Numbered from the stretch's first letter, positions 12,721 to 26,000 are shown. The stretch: 64,000 bases of DNA from Vicugna vicugna (GCA_013265495.1 MU062907.1:1368861-1432860); one strand, 5' to 3'. The notes: a model not told the origin generated them from the sequence alone. Numbers and translations are program-made.

Positions 12721-13029
12721 AGGGAAAAGATGGTTAATTATGGATCTCTCTCCACACTGCATCACCAAACTAGAAGTCTGCTTTGTGTATTCTTGAGTCT
12801 ACAGGTCCTCGTCCTTTTCAAACCTCAGGAGTGTGAGCTGGCTGCTGCTCCCAGGCCCTCGAAGGCTGTTAACAACTCCTCTACCTGACGGAGCCCTCCA
12901 GGGACCTTGCTTCTTTCGCTTCCCTGTCCCACCTCTCCTGTGTCTCCTCCCACCTGGCACAGGCTTCTCTTGTACCACCTACCCCTTTCAGTTCAATACT
13001 TTAGGACATTTCATCTTTGACCTTCTCAC

Positions 13030-13185
13030 CCTCAAAAGCTGCTACATAATTTGCAGGGCCCCATGCAAAATGAAAAGGTGGGGCGCCTTAGTTTAAAAAT
13101 TAAGAAATCCAAGATGGCAACAGTAGCGCATTAAATCAAGCATGCGGCCCTTCTGGGCACAGGGCCCCGTATGGTCACACTTTGC
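13030..13185. mobile_element. MER45A-like hAT DNA transposon fossil
   Basis: cagggccccatgcaaaatgaaaagg...aattaagaaatccaagatggcaacagtagcgcattaaatcaagcatgcggcccttct resembles MER45A as recalled. Confidence 0.7.
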
Positions 13186-13289
13186 TCGCTCTCCATGTTC
13201 CCAGGACAGGCCCACCCATGCTGTCACTAACTACCACACACACTATAACTCCCAGACACATCTCCTTTCTTGAGCCCCAGACCCAACTG

Positions 13290-13800
13290 TTGGCCCAACC
13301 TATTGACATCAACACTTTGTCACTTTGCAGGCAACTTAAAAGCAAAAAAGTTCCAGGATGAACTCATTATCTTCCCCTCAAACCTGCTTCTCCTCCTGTA
13401 TTCTCTATCTTGATGAATAGAAACATAATCCTCTGAGTTGCCCAAACCAGAACTCTCTGAGTCATCCCTGACTCTACCCTCTGCCTTACCCCCCGCATTC
13501 AATAGGTTTCCAGGTTCCAGTGATTATAGCTCCCTGTTTATTGTCTCTGGGATCCATCTCGTCCTGTCAGTGTCCAGGGCCACTGCCCTAGATCAGGTGC
13601 TCAGCAGCTCCTGCTTCCTCCCGTCTCTTGATTCTTAGCATCCATCTACCCTCCTCCACCCTGACAACACAGTGATGTTTCTAAACACAAAACCCAATTA
13701 CCTCATCCCATTTCTACAGCTCCCAGAGTCTGCAGAACAAAGTTCAAACTACTTGGCATTGTATGCCAGCCCTTCAGGGTCTGGCTTCTGCCAACCAGCA
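13290..13800 (+). mobile_element. L2 LINE fragment
   Basis: atcttcccctcaaacctgcttctcctcctgtattctctatcttgatgaat...gcccaaaccagaactctctgagtcatccctgactc. Confidence 0.75.
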
Positions 13801-14434
13801 TCTCCCGACTCTGACCCAGGCCACACCCCTCCAACCTGCCAGTGATGCCAATGGCCCATCCATTCCTGTCTCCCTGCTGATGGGCCGTGTACTTTCATAC
13901 TGCGCACTTTTGCACATCCTAGTCTCCCAGCCAGGTGCCCACCCCCAGCTCCCTCTGACTGCTGTACTTCTTCTGGACTGTCATGATGCAGTTCCAGGAT
14001 GGCATCTCTAACTTCCCAAGGATGCACTGAAATGACCAATGAGAACAAAAGCTAAAAAAAGGTCCATAGCAGCACTGATAAACAGGGGAGACTGCTATGA
14101 AAAGAGAAAGTGTTTGCAGGACTTTCTGGAAGAAAAGAAGCAGATAGAGGAAGGTTGAAGGGACAGCTGATCAGCACGTGGGTGAGCATGCACTACAGGT
14201 AAGGAGGATGCCCCTGAAAGTGAGGATTGGGACCTTCCCTGCAAAACTTCAAAGGACCCAATGCTTGCAGCAATAGGATCAGCTAACAGGGTGAGTGGTG
14301 GGACAGTCTCAGTTGGTAAATTGAAAGGACATGACTGGAAACTGACCAATTCCCCATGGGGAGAGCGGTGGGCTCATTTTATGTGTGTCCCTTACCAACT
14401 CTCAATGTGGACTGAAGAATGAAGTGCGTATGGC

Positions 14435-14460
14435 AGGGTTAGGATTAGGGTTAGGGTTAG
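14435..14460 (+). repeat. Short interstitial telomere-like repeat
   Basis: AGGG TTAGGA TTAGGG TTAGGG TTAG. Confidence 0.7.
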
Positions 14461-15179
14461 CTAGAAAGCTAACTCTGAACAGTACCATAAATATGGAGAA
14501 TTGAAAGGAATCCTGAGGATGGTGGAATCCTCTAAGGCCATCGGCACCCACAGTGGCAACTCCTTTCCTTCTTCCTGTTGACGTCAACGGCTTTGTTAAA
14601 GACACGGTGCACTGAAGGTCTCCCAGTAGGAGGCCAGGAAGCAAACTGAGAGTTTTCCGGGGCTAACCAGAGCACTTCACCTTAGCTTTTGGGCAAGGCA
14701 CTCTCCAGCCCCCTGGACTACCACTGGGAACAGGCAACACTTGAGGATGAGAGGCTGGAACCCTTATAGCCATGAGCATTTCACTGAGACCTCTGGCTTG
14801 CTGCTCTGTTCTCAGCCCACCCAACTGGAAAGGGAGCCCCAACTAGTGTGGTCCAAGTCAGTCCCCACCCCAGGCTGACTCCACCCCTGTTGCCTGGCAA
14901 CCATCACTCACCTACCTTCTCTAGGGGAAATGATGGTGACTGGAAAATTTATACCAGCCCAACCGAGGTTCAGAGGTGAGAGACAAAGAAAGGCATTTCT
15001 GGAACACAGACGTCAAAACACCTGCATGCCCTTTCTGAAAGGGCTGGGCGGAGCGGTTGAGGAGAAACAAAACCGAAAATGAATCAGAGAAAAATAAATC
15101 CAGGTAAAGGGAAGATCCAGGATATGAGAAGCAGTTTAATCCAAATAAACGTGTTAGTAATGGGATTTGGAAATTTAAT

Positions 15180-18100
15180 GCAAGTATAATGAAAGGATTA
15201 TGCAAAAAAGAAAAATATAAATGTAAAAATCTGGAAAGTAGAGAGATAGGAAAGGCATCAGAAAAGCATATTTAAATTTTCATTTTGCTTTTTGAGATAG
15301 TGTGTATTTATTGATGTGAGTATTTTATTCAGATATTTTTGTCAACATTTAGAGATAATGAGTGGTGGGACAGAAATAGGTTGTAGGACTTTGAAACTAC
15401 TGCAGAATAAAAATAATCAAAAAAAATGTATTACGGAAAATAGGAAATATTAGTAAGTATAAACCAGAAGATAGAATGTCAAGAATGTGATAAACGTAAA
15501 AATGACAATAAGTGTAACTAACTTAAAGTCTCTATTTAAAGAAAAAAAATCACAGATTGGCTGTAAAAGCCAAATCCAGTATTTTGCTGTCTATAAGATA
15601 AATATGTAAACCAAACTGATACAAGATGTGGAAAATAATGATATAAACAAAGATATATTGGGAAATGCATGTGCACCAGAGAAAGGGAGAGAGAGAGAGA
15701 GAGAAAGGGAGATTAGGAAGAGAAATAGAAGCAGGGATGGCAATGTCAGTATCAGAGTAAATAAAATTCAAAGCAAAAAATTAGATTGGAAAAAAATGGA
15801 ATAATATATATTTAGAAATGAGTAATTTATATTTATAATAAATGAAAATACTCAATATTGATGAAAGTTTACAGATCGAAAGCTAAGTACAGAAAGATAT
15901 AAAATGCTAGAAATGAAAGAACTTAATGACACCACAACCATAGTGGGAGATCCTAGTACATCTCTGTCAGAATTGGACAGACACTCAAAAGGATTTTGAT
16001 AACACAATTATTAAATTTGATTTAATGTATGTAATAGAACTTTTACTCAATACACCAAAAAACATCCTTTCAAATACCTGTGAATCATTTACAAAAAATA
16101 ACCATGTACAAGTCTATTAAAAAATTCTCAATGAATCTCTAAAACTGACCACAGTGCAATAAGGCTAGGAATAATAAACAAAACTAAAAAGTTTTCTAAA
16201 AATGGCATCACTTCGAAATAACTTAAAATGTTATTTTCTATCTAAAAATTAATTACAAAGAAATCAATACATCAAAACTTGTGAGGTGAAGCCAAAGCTG
16301 CACTCAGAGTAGAATTCATTGTCTTAATTATTTTATTAAAAATAAAAGGGACTGGCTGAGAGTTTTGTTTCAGAAACTAGAAAAGAAACATCAAAAGAAT
16401 GTAGGAGGAAGAAATCGATGCATTAGAAACAAACAAACAAACAAAAGCAACAAATACAGAAAGCCAAAACAAAGCTCTATTGATTTACCCTGTCAGTAAA
16501 TACTTATTGTGTGCTGAATTCGTGCCAGGTACTGCACAAAGCCAATGGGGATCCTGAGATGAACACAGCAGATGGGGTCGCTGTTCCTGTAGAGTTTCTT
16601 TGAAAGGATTTATAAAGCAGAAAAATCTTTTTCAAGACTGGCAAGAAAAAAGGAAAGAAAAGAGTGAAAAAGAATACAGATACACAACTTGTAAATAAGA
16701 AAGTGCATAACATTACATATATGGAGGAAAAGTTTTTAAAAATTAGTGTCATGTGTAGATTTATGTCTATAAAACTGAAATTCTAGGGCACTTTTCATGA
16801 TAAATATAAATAGCAAAATTGGTTCAAGTGAAGACAGAAGACCTAAAAAGATCAATAAACACAGAACAAAGTGTAAATGTAATAAAATATGTAACCTCAG
16901 GCCAGATGGTTTTACAAGTGAGTTCTAACAGATCTCCAATGGGCATATATTTCTCATCTATACTTAGAGCTAAAGCTCTTCCAGAATAATTTTATGAGAC
17001 TCATTTAAACCTAATATTAAATCTAACAAAAGATAAAATCTAACAGAGATAGCATGAAAATAATGACAAATTTATGGAAATGTAACAATCTTAAATAAAT
17101 CATAAGAAATTTCTTATGATTTAAGAATCATAACTTTAAGAAAATTAAAATATAACTTTAAAAAAATAAAAATACCAAGCTTAAGCATTCCAGAAATTCA
17201 AGGCGATTCAATATTAGACAATTCATTAATTTGTGTTAGTAGAGTAAAGAAAAAATTATGATGATCTCAATGGATGCCAGAATTTAAATTCTGGCCTTGA
17301 TGAAAACTCCTAGTAAGCCACATGGGCTTCTTAAATACCAAAAATAACCTGTTCGTAAATAAAATGTAAAAAAAAAAGTCATTCAAAGAACATACTTAAC
17401 TCCAAAATAACTAGTAACAAATTTAACAAGGAATGTATGTGAAAATACATTTCTTGTATTTCTTCGGGTAATTGTAGAGAACTCTCTAGTTCACTTCTAA
17501 TGTTTTCTTTTTCAGGCTCTACATCTCCAGTTCCTTTCTTTAAAATGTATAATTTAAAAAAAGACATAGAAGAATATTTGAATTAATAAATGGAGAGACA
17601 TAGTATGTTCACGGATGGGTAGATTTCATTGTGTAAAAATGTCAGTTCTTCCCAAATTGCTCTGTTAATTTAATTTAATTCCAATAAAAAGCCCAATGGA
17701 TTTAACATTTGAACATGGTAAATCAATTATAATTTTGTAAAAGAAGAATAATAAAAGGGACTTTGTTTTATGAGCTATCAAAATACCATAAAGTACAGTA
17801 ATGAAAATTGTATGACAGAGATACAGAAAAAGAAAACTTAATTAATAGAAGTGAATAGTGAATGTAAAAATAGATGGATATACATACATATATAACAAGA
17901 ACTAAGTATGTAAAATGTGCAAAAAGGTTGTAATCATATTAATAGGGAAAGAATTTTTAAATAGAGTCAGAATTTGTAGATATCCATTTGGAAAAAAAAT
18001 GGTATCTATAGCTACTTGATATCATATACAAAAATTAATTTTATTAAGTAATTAAATGTAAAACATCTTACCACGAAAGTACTGGAAAATACTTGCATAA

Positions 18101-18720
18101 TCTTTCCATATGAAACACCTTTTTAAGCATAACTGAAAACCTAAAAGTTATGAAATAAAACAATGTCAGATTTTATTAAACATTTCTTTCCAGTGAAAGA
18201 CCTAAATAGAATGTAAAAGAAAAATGCAAAACTGGAAATAATATTTATAACATACATACCAGAAGAAATCATTAATAATCATATTACATAAAGGACTTTT
18301 ACAAACTATTGGTAACCCATAGAAAAATGGGCAAGGATTATGAAGAGCATTTTATAGAAATCAACACATATGAGAAAACATGCTCAACCTTACTAATAAT
18401 CAAATAAATTCAAATTAAAATATAAATGTATCAGTTTGATAGAAATGGTTAAGAGTATTAGTGTGAGTGCAAGTGTACATCGATACAAATTGTTAAGGAG
18501 AACTGAGTTTGCAATGTCTGTTGTCCCTTTTAGTCAGCAACTCCATTTCTGGAAACTTAACCTATAACAATATTTACAGAAATGCCCACAAGTTATATAT
18601 AAGGATGTTTATATGTATGGTTTGTAATAAGGAAAAATTGGAAACAACCTGAAGTTTCATCAGTTAGGGACTGATGAAATTAATTCAAGCACTAAATTGT
18701 GCAAATGTGTACAAGAAGAG
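15180..18720 (+). mobile_element. Old, degraded L1 (L1M-type) ORF2 to 3' region
   Basis: A-rich, with recognisable ORF2 landmarks (gggagatcctagtacatctctgtcagaattggacag; atctcaatggatgccag; aaatggagagacatagtatgttcacggatggg); no intact frame. Confidence 0.8.
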
Positions 18721-19564
18721 TGAGGAACTGAGAGGAAAAATCTGGCAGCAACATAGTTAGTTCTGTGTTTGAGCGTCACATTCCTGATTCTGTAACCCAA
18801 AGGCCATACTGCACTTGAATACTAGGGAAGAACTTGGAGATCTAGCCTTAACTCTTTTGTTTTAAAGAAGAGGAATCTGATCCTGACAAATGTTGTTCAT
18901 CTTCTGTTTAAAGCCCTTGATTGGAAACCTTGGTAAAACCAGTCTGACTCTCTGAAACCTACTTGTCATCAGAGAGCAGTCATCAAAGGGGACTGGGAAT
19001 GATGGATGGGTATCAAAGGAGGCAGAGTTTAGTGTAATGAAGAAAACATTTGGGATTGACTGAAGGTGCCCTGGTGGGGTGACTACTGGGGAGCATTGCA
19101 GAGTAAATGTAGACGTTATTTGTGGAAGTTGGTTAATTGACCACCAAGGTCACGCCCACCCTTGAGATCTCATGATTCTATGGTTCTATCATTGGACTCA
19201 TTTTTGTCCTTTGGAGAAATAGAGATTTAGCCTGATCTCTCACCTTAACACCCTTCAGGTAATTGTAGAGAACTCTCCAGTTCACTTCTAATGTTTTCTT
19301 CTTCAGGCTCTGCATCTCCAGTTCCTTTCTTTAAAAAAAACCATTTCTCATATATTATGACTTATTGGCTCTTCCTTCTCTTGTCCCACTTCCTTTGGTC
19401 AATTTTTTTTTATCTTAAACTATGGAACCTAGAATTTAACCAAGAATTCCTGCTGTGGTCTAATATTTTCCTTCCTTGGGACATACAGTTCCTGATGGTC
19501 AAGTCCTAAGCTACTTGTTTGACTGCCATTTTATGTAGCTGGGTCATATTAGACTCACAGAAGG

Positions 19565-19740
19565 GCTGCGCTAATCTGTTGTGAGTTTATGTACTGCACA
19601 ACTCTAGGGGGCTCTCTTTACAACAGATTGTAGATTTATATATTTCTTATAATAATTTTCCAGCAGATGGCAGTGAAGTGTCTGAGGAAGGGGGTGCCTT
19701 TTCTAATTCATACAGAGACCTTCTGTGGACTAGAAATGAC
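19565..19740. mobile_element. Probable small hAT-type DNA transposon fossil, family not assigned
   Basis: Interrupts the L3 fossil; tgcacaactctaggggg and ccagcagatggcagtg segments. Confidence 0.4.
19660..19673 (+). promoter_or_regulatory. CTCF-like motif
   Basis: CCAGCAGATGGCAG fits the CTCF core CCASYAGRKGGCRS; motif match only. Confidence 0.45.
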
Positions 19741-19914
19741 CCTGGATCGTAGTCAATGAACGCAATAGACATATTTAATATGAGTATTCTGTCTTTATGG
19801 CAGACCCCCTAATATTCATCTTTTCCAATCTTCTTTCCTAACGAACCTCAGTTTTGTTCACATATCTACCCCTCCTGCATGTGACTCCAGGGAAGGCAAT
19901 CCCTTAACTCCCCT

Positions 19915-20070
19915 CAGGGAATTCTTTGTTGTGGAGGGTGTTCTATACTTTGTAGGATGTTTAACAGCATCCTTGGCCTCTCTCTGCCCACTAAATGCCG
20001 GTACCACATCCCTTCTCAGTTGTGACAACAAAAAATGTCTCCAGACATTGTCAAATATCTCCAAAAACTA
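19915..20070. mobile_element. MER20 hAT DNA transposon fossil
   Basis: ggatgtttaacagcatccttggcctc...cagttgtgacaacaaaaaatgtctccagacattgtcaaat. Confidence 0.85.
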
Positions 20071-21719
20071 GCTCTCTGCCCCTCCTCACCACGCAATTGC
20101 TTGAGAATCACTTTACTCTTGGAGAAGCAACACTTTCACACTACAGCCACTTTTCCTCTGTGTCTTTTGTTATAGGAGATGATAAATTGCCTTATGTATC
20201 TTGAATCATGTATTTTTGTTACATGCAGCCCAAAGCATACTCACTTATAAAAGGAATTACTGCTAACCATGTCAAACTCTCCCTGAGCTCATGTTATTGC
20301 TTTTATTTTTTTTACATAAATGAAAACTTTTTCACTACCTCCACTCACTTTGTTAGTCATAGCTTTAGCCCAAGTTCCAGTCTATCAAGAGACTGGAATC
20401 CCAGTTTTGTCATCTAAATTATTAGTTATCCTTCCCAGTTTGACATTCTTTGGAAATCTGATAAGCATGTCATAAATACTCTTGTCTGAGTTGCTGATGA
20501 AAAATATCTTATCGACATCTTTTATGTATAGTTGTTCAGCCAGTTACACATTTACCTAATGTATTGGCAGTCAACTCACATTTCGTTATCTTGCATACTA
20601 AGATTTCCAGAGAGGCTTTGTCAAATGGCTCACTAAAGCCAGGAGGAGCCATGGTCATAGTGGTCTCTAACCCATAAATCAAAAAACCAAGTGGAGGGAG
20701 ACTCGGTTATTTGGTGTGAGCTATTCATTCCTTGAGAACTCATGCTTATTGCAGAGTGATTTAGTGTGCAGAAACTGTCTGTTTTTCAGTCCATTCTGGT
20801 GTTCTGCTGGTAAGAAGTGTCACACTCATCAGTCTGCAATTCCCACATGCCGTCTATCTTGCCTACATGAAAAATATGCAACATCTGTCGGTCTCCTGTT
20901 TTGCAGCCCATCTCTAGCTTTCTATGAAGTCTCAAATATTATCAACAATGGTTCAGGAATCACGTTTGCAAATGATACTTGATGCTCTGAGACTTAATTC
21001 ATCTAAGACATGAATGCATTTAAAGTTAACCTCTTGTGCAAAAGAAGTTAAATAAAGGATCCTGTACATTTACTCAACCAATACCACAGATGCAAAAGAG
21101 TATCTATTAAAGGCAGTGTTGATGGGCCTGATTAATAAGTACCATAAAGAGTTGTCAGGCTCCACCTCTGCATCCAAAACAGATCGCCAGGATGTTTGGT
21201 AAACTAAGAGGGAAACAGAACCCTTGGAGAGCCCCATGGACATGAGAAGGGATTCTGCTGAGAATGGGAAATAGAGAGAAATGAGTCAAGCCAGTTACCT
21301 CCAATGGGTTGGGTTGAATCCCTCTCTCCCCTTTCCCCGGATTAATCCCTTACCCCAACTTACTCCTGCAGCCTCCAGAGAGCCCTCGCTGGTAGGAAAC
21401 TGCAGTAACCGCAGGGACCACTTAGCTGTCAGGAGTGAGCACCTGCAGCAGATGCCAGCCCCGGGGGATGAGCCAGAGCCAGCAGAAACAGCCATGTTGA
21501 GAAGTGAACCAAAGGGACCACACTGTGCGGCTCCCCTTGGCAGTGGGGAAATGGAGATCACATCACGGAGCTGTCCGCGTGCACCACGGAGGGACGCTAA
21601 CTTCTCAGTCTGCACCAGAAGGATGTCATGGGACCCGGTCTGCTGTGGAGGGGGAGCAGATTCGCAGTGACTCTCCTCCCCAGGATGGGCTCTCACTCCC
21701 CACCTGGGGGTCACAATTA

Positions 21720-21835
21720 GGCGGCTAGAACCAGACTGACTGAGTTCAAACACCGGATCCAAATTACTAGCTGTGGGGCCTTGGACAAACCACTTAACTT
21801 CCCAAGTTTCACTCTCCTTGCTGGAAAACAAGATA
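21720..21835 (+). mobile_element. MIR SINE fragment
   Basis: agactgactgagttcaaacaccggatccaaattactagctgtggggccttggacaaaccacttaacttccc. Confidence 0.85.
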
Positions 21836-23329
21836 GCACGCTTGGTGTGGTGACTGGCACACAGAATACAGGGACGTTAGCAACTGTCACCCTTAGACCA
21901 TCTGCTTTGGAAACTTCCTTCTCACAGAAGCTGTTGAGGAAGGAGAAGCCCAAGACATTCCAAGCTTGATTCTCAAACCAAGAGTTGGTCCTGGGGTTCA
22001 TATAGTCCTGGTAGGCAGGGTTGGAGCTGGAATAGAACAGTGATTTCAAAGATTGAAGGGATTTTCTTTGTTGCTAGAAGTGGATTCTTGGATTCATTAT
22101 TGGGCAACGGCCCTTCTGATTAAGCAAAGCAAAGGGAATGGATTTCCAAAGAGCTAAGTCTCTGCATAACAATCTTAACAAGTTATCTTGAACGAGAGTG
22201 ATGGAGGTGGGGAGGGGTGGACAGAGGCACACCTGGGCAGAAACGCTGACTTCCTGTAAAGAAGTTCCTCTTTCACAACTCTGGATTAAGCTGTCTTTCT
22301 TGGTATAACATTGCTTGTTCTCAGGAGGCGTTTCTTGGAGGAGACCCTGAAGATGGCAGAAAGCCTGTGCAAGTCTGGTCAACACTATTGCTGGAGAAAA
22401 GAGGAAAAGGAGTGATGCTGGCTTTGCCTGGACTACTGAGAGTTCACAGATGTTATTTTTCAAGACTAAATAAGTCGGAGGTCGGGAAGCACCTTGATTT
22501 GTAACTCTGGGTTCAGGTATCTTTTAAGGGTCAAAGGGCAAGACCTTGTTCCCGTGGGTTGGGTCAGTTTGCGGTTTTCTTGAAGGAAGCTGATTTCTCA
22601 TTGTCACTCATGCTTGCAAAAGGTTAATCACAGGACTGGAAAATAAGAACTTGGTAGGTGGGCCTGGGAAGTGAGTGCGGGAAAACTGCCTCCTGGCTGC
22701 AGGCCTTGGGATATGACTCATTTGGATCCTGGATTGGGCCATCATGTGAAAGCATCCTTCCTTTGGGGTAGACCTAGTGACAGGTAGCAGACCAGGGCAA
22801 GGCAGGGAGGCCAGCCTCTACCCCAGCAAGGAGGGCCAGTATCAAGAGAAAGAGGAGGGCAGTAATGGGTCCCTGTGAAGGGACCTGGGCCTGTGGACTC
22901 AAGGCAGCCGTCGCTAACACTCAGTATATACCCTTTGTGCAGCAATCTACCCACCACAGCTTACCCCTCTGCCTGCTCGCGTTAGACTCTGTATCAACAG
23001 AGGAATGGCAGGATGGTATTATTGCCACACTTGGGGAAGAGTTGGTTCCAGGAGAGCAGGAACATCTTAGGGAATGCTGATCTTGAGCCTACAAAGGCAG
23101 CATTCCGAAGAGCAAGCAGTGTTCCAGCCCCAGGTGACCCCTGGAGGCGGGAAGAACTCAGGAGGCATTTGATGAACACGTGAATATTCCCCGGGAAGTC
23201 CAGGCAGAGCTGGGAAGGGACGGGAGTGTAGAGTTCTATGAATCAGGGATTAAGGGGAAGCACAGCAGGTGTGGCTCCCTGAATCTGTAAAGCCTGGGGT
23301 GTCAGGGGATGCAACTGTGTCACCTTCAG

Positions 23330-23450
23330 ATTGCGTGACTTTGTGCAAGTTATTTATTCTTGCAAGACTGTCTCTCCACTTGGAAAAGGAAGATAAGAAC
23401 ATTGACTACCTCATAGGGTGCTTGTGAAATTAAGTGAGCTACAGTAATAA
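23330..23450 (+). mobile_element. MIR SINE fragment
   Basis: gtgactttgtgcaagttattt...attgactacctcatagggtgcttgtgaaattaagtgag. Confidence 0.8.
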
Positions 23451-24379
23451 CTCCATTCATTGTAGCTATAGATACTAACCCCAGGAGTGCTGGACAAAGG
23501 GAATTAGTGTGCTAAGCAAAACCCATTACAACTGATTGCCAGGAGAGTTCACATCAGGTGCATAGACAGAACGGGTGCACTGAGAAGAGGAGGTCTTAGC
23601 TCAACACTGACAGAGATGAGGAAACAGCCCTGACCTAGTAATCTGATGCTCCGATAGGCCCCAGAAGCTCTCTGCAGCTGGAAACCAACAGAACTGGATC
23701 CTGCAGCAGCCTCTCAAGTTTTTAAATCTCACCCTCTCTAAGCAAAAATTGGCCCAGAGATGATTCAAAGGAGAGAGAGAGTGCTAACCCAGAAAACTAC
23801 TGGAAATGGATGTTGAGGATTTTAGTACCAAGCTGCCTCGACCCATTCTTCTGAAGCTCAACTTTGGCAGAGGCAACAGAACAAGAAATCTACTTGGATC
23901 CCTCAATGGATAGTCAGTCACGCCTGTACCAAGGTGATTTGATACTGAGCTTCACGCTGACCCGGAAGCCATTCCCAGCCCTGCCTTGCCTGCCTCTCCC
24001 GGCTACTTCCGGCCAAGCTCCCCTTGGGGTTCCCTGAGCATCCTAGCTCCAGCCACGGGCCCTACTCACCACCCCCAGAGCTGTTCCCTCCCCAGCTTTG
24101 GGGCCTTCCCTCATGGGGTTACTGTTTTCTAAAAGACTCCCCACACCTGCACCCCCAAATAGGCTGAACTGGGAGTGAAGTGCCCCTCCTTGGCACTCCA
24201 TTGCGCTTACCACTGTCATAGCGCTCTATACAATCACTGACTTTCTCATCTTTTCTCCTGCTGGAATGTTTGCTGTTCTGGGAGAATGAGCCACAGCATC
24301 TTCCTTTGTTCCTATTTCTAGCCTGGTGCTTATTCCTGTTTCTAGCATGGTAAGCATTCTTTAAACATGAGCTCCATAA

Positions 24380-24700
24380 ATTCCTGAGCAAATGAAATGA
24401 ACTCAAGCATCGAGAAGTCAAAAACAGAAAAGGCATTCCTTAAGAAATTGACTCCAGCATTGATTGAGCACCTACTGTTTGCCGGACATTCCTCCAAGCA
24501 CTGGAGGCACAGTGGTAAACACTGGACCCCAAGCTCTGCCTCAGTGGGTGCAAATTCCTGTGTGGAGGCCAGAGAATAAGCGTATAGGTGGTGTGCGCTC
24601 AGTTGGCAATGTGTGTTATGAAAATAACAAAGCAAGGAAAGATGAGGGGAGCCATAATGGTTGCACTGAGCATTTTCAAGACAAAAGTTTTAAGTAGAAA
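24380..24700 (-). mobile_element. L2 3'-end fragment
   Basis: ttgattgagcacctactgtttgccggacatt...gcactggaggcacagtggtaaac is the antisense L2 tail. Confidence 0.75.
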
Positions 24701-24910
24701 TATGTTAAATGTTAAATATAAATAAAAAGAAGAGAAACAGCTCGATATTTTAGAAGCAAATAATGGAGTTCATAACCCTGGTTTAAATTTTTTTAATGTC
24801 TGAAATGATTAGCAAGACAGAAGATGAAAAAGAACTAATTTATTTAATCTTTCATAAAATGACTACAAAGTTACCATTTGGTCTTTGTCTTTTAAAGTCA
24901 TTTCATTTCT

Positions 24911-25079
24911 TTTTTTTTTAAGTTTATTTTATTTTATTTATGTTTGGGAGGAGAGATAATTAGGTTCACTTATTTATTTGTTTATCTATTTAGTTTTTTA
25001 GAGGAGGTGCTGGGGATTGAACCCAGGACCTCATGCATGCTGAGTGTGTGCTCTACACACTGAGCTATACCCTCCCCCC
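24911..25079 (-). mobile_element. Camelid tRNA-Ala-derived SINE (Vic-1-like)
   Basis: Pol III A/B boxes on the minus strand, AT-rich tail, perfect 17-bp TSD aaagtcatttcatttct at 24894-24910 and 25080-25096. Confidence 0.9.
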
Positions 25080-26000
25080 AAAGTCATTTCATTTCTCTAT
25101 GCATGTACACAGGTAATTTTACATGAAGACGTGAACATGTTCCTTTTGCTTCCCTTTTTTGTTTGGCATCTCTTTTCCCATCTCATTCTCCCTTCTTCTT
25201 CTTCTTCTTCTTTTTTTTTTTGAGACGCAATTCATGATTTATTATTTCTGTGTGGTAAAATAAAATTCAAACTTTTAATCTCATAGAAGGAAACTGAGTG
25301 CAAATCTTGGCTATAGAAATCTTTGCTACTCTGAGTTTAGCTACGTTCATTTCCCCTTCTGATAGCGCTCTAGTCCATCTTAGTGAGTTAGTATGGAACC
25401 TTCCATATTTTTCTCTATGCTAATGTGGCCATTTGCATATGAATGCACATACACACTCATATACAAAATAAAATTTTTTTGTTTCTGTGTCATTTTTTAT
25501 AAAAATATAGAGAAAAAAGTATTTACTCTTTTCTACACTTTGCTCAATAAAACTTCATGTAAGTCCCTCCAGGGCAAAAGATGTATTTCTGATCCTACCT
25601 TTAAAAAACAGCTGCATAATATTCCACGGGGTGGTTGAATCATATTTTCATGTGGAGGCCAGAGAATAAGCGTATAGGTGGTGTGCGCTCAGTTGGCAAT
25701 GTGTGTTATGAAAATAACAAAGCAAGGAAAGATGAGGGGAGCCATAATGGTTGCACTGAGCATTTTCAAGACAAAAGTTTTAAGTAGAAATATGTTAAAT
25801 GTTAAATATAAATAAAAAGAAGAGAAACAGCTCGATATTTTAGAAGCAAATAATGGAGTTCATAACCCTGGTTTAAATTTTTTTAATGTCTGAAATGATT
25901 AGCAAGACAGAAGATGAAAAAGAACTAATTTATTTAATCTTTCATAAAATGACTACAAAGTTACCATTTGGTCTTTGTCTTTTAAAGTCATTTCATTTCT

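Larger units (their letters stand above)
18800..20960 (-). mobile_element. L3/CR1 LINE fossil, interrupted by DNA transposons
   Basis: Minus strand near 19327-19248 translates KELEMQSLKKKTLEVNWRVLYNYLKGV, resembling the CR1 ORF2 C-terminal motif (ELGxFSLEKRRLRGD..YKYLKG); 20420-20760 resembles the CR1 RT region. Confidence 0.75.

Noticed and set aside
17379-17567. ORF KKGTGDVEPEKENIRSELESSLQLPEE as a duplicated coding exon
   Set aside because: It is a shifted-frame reading of a copied L3/CR1 ORF2 tail; this copy lacks the donor site.
24309-24351. 24-bp-period two-copy repeat; also the 21-bp repeat at 56.5 kb considered as CRISPR-like
   Set aside because: Only two copies, no spacer array, no cas genes, and a mammalian context.
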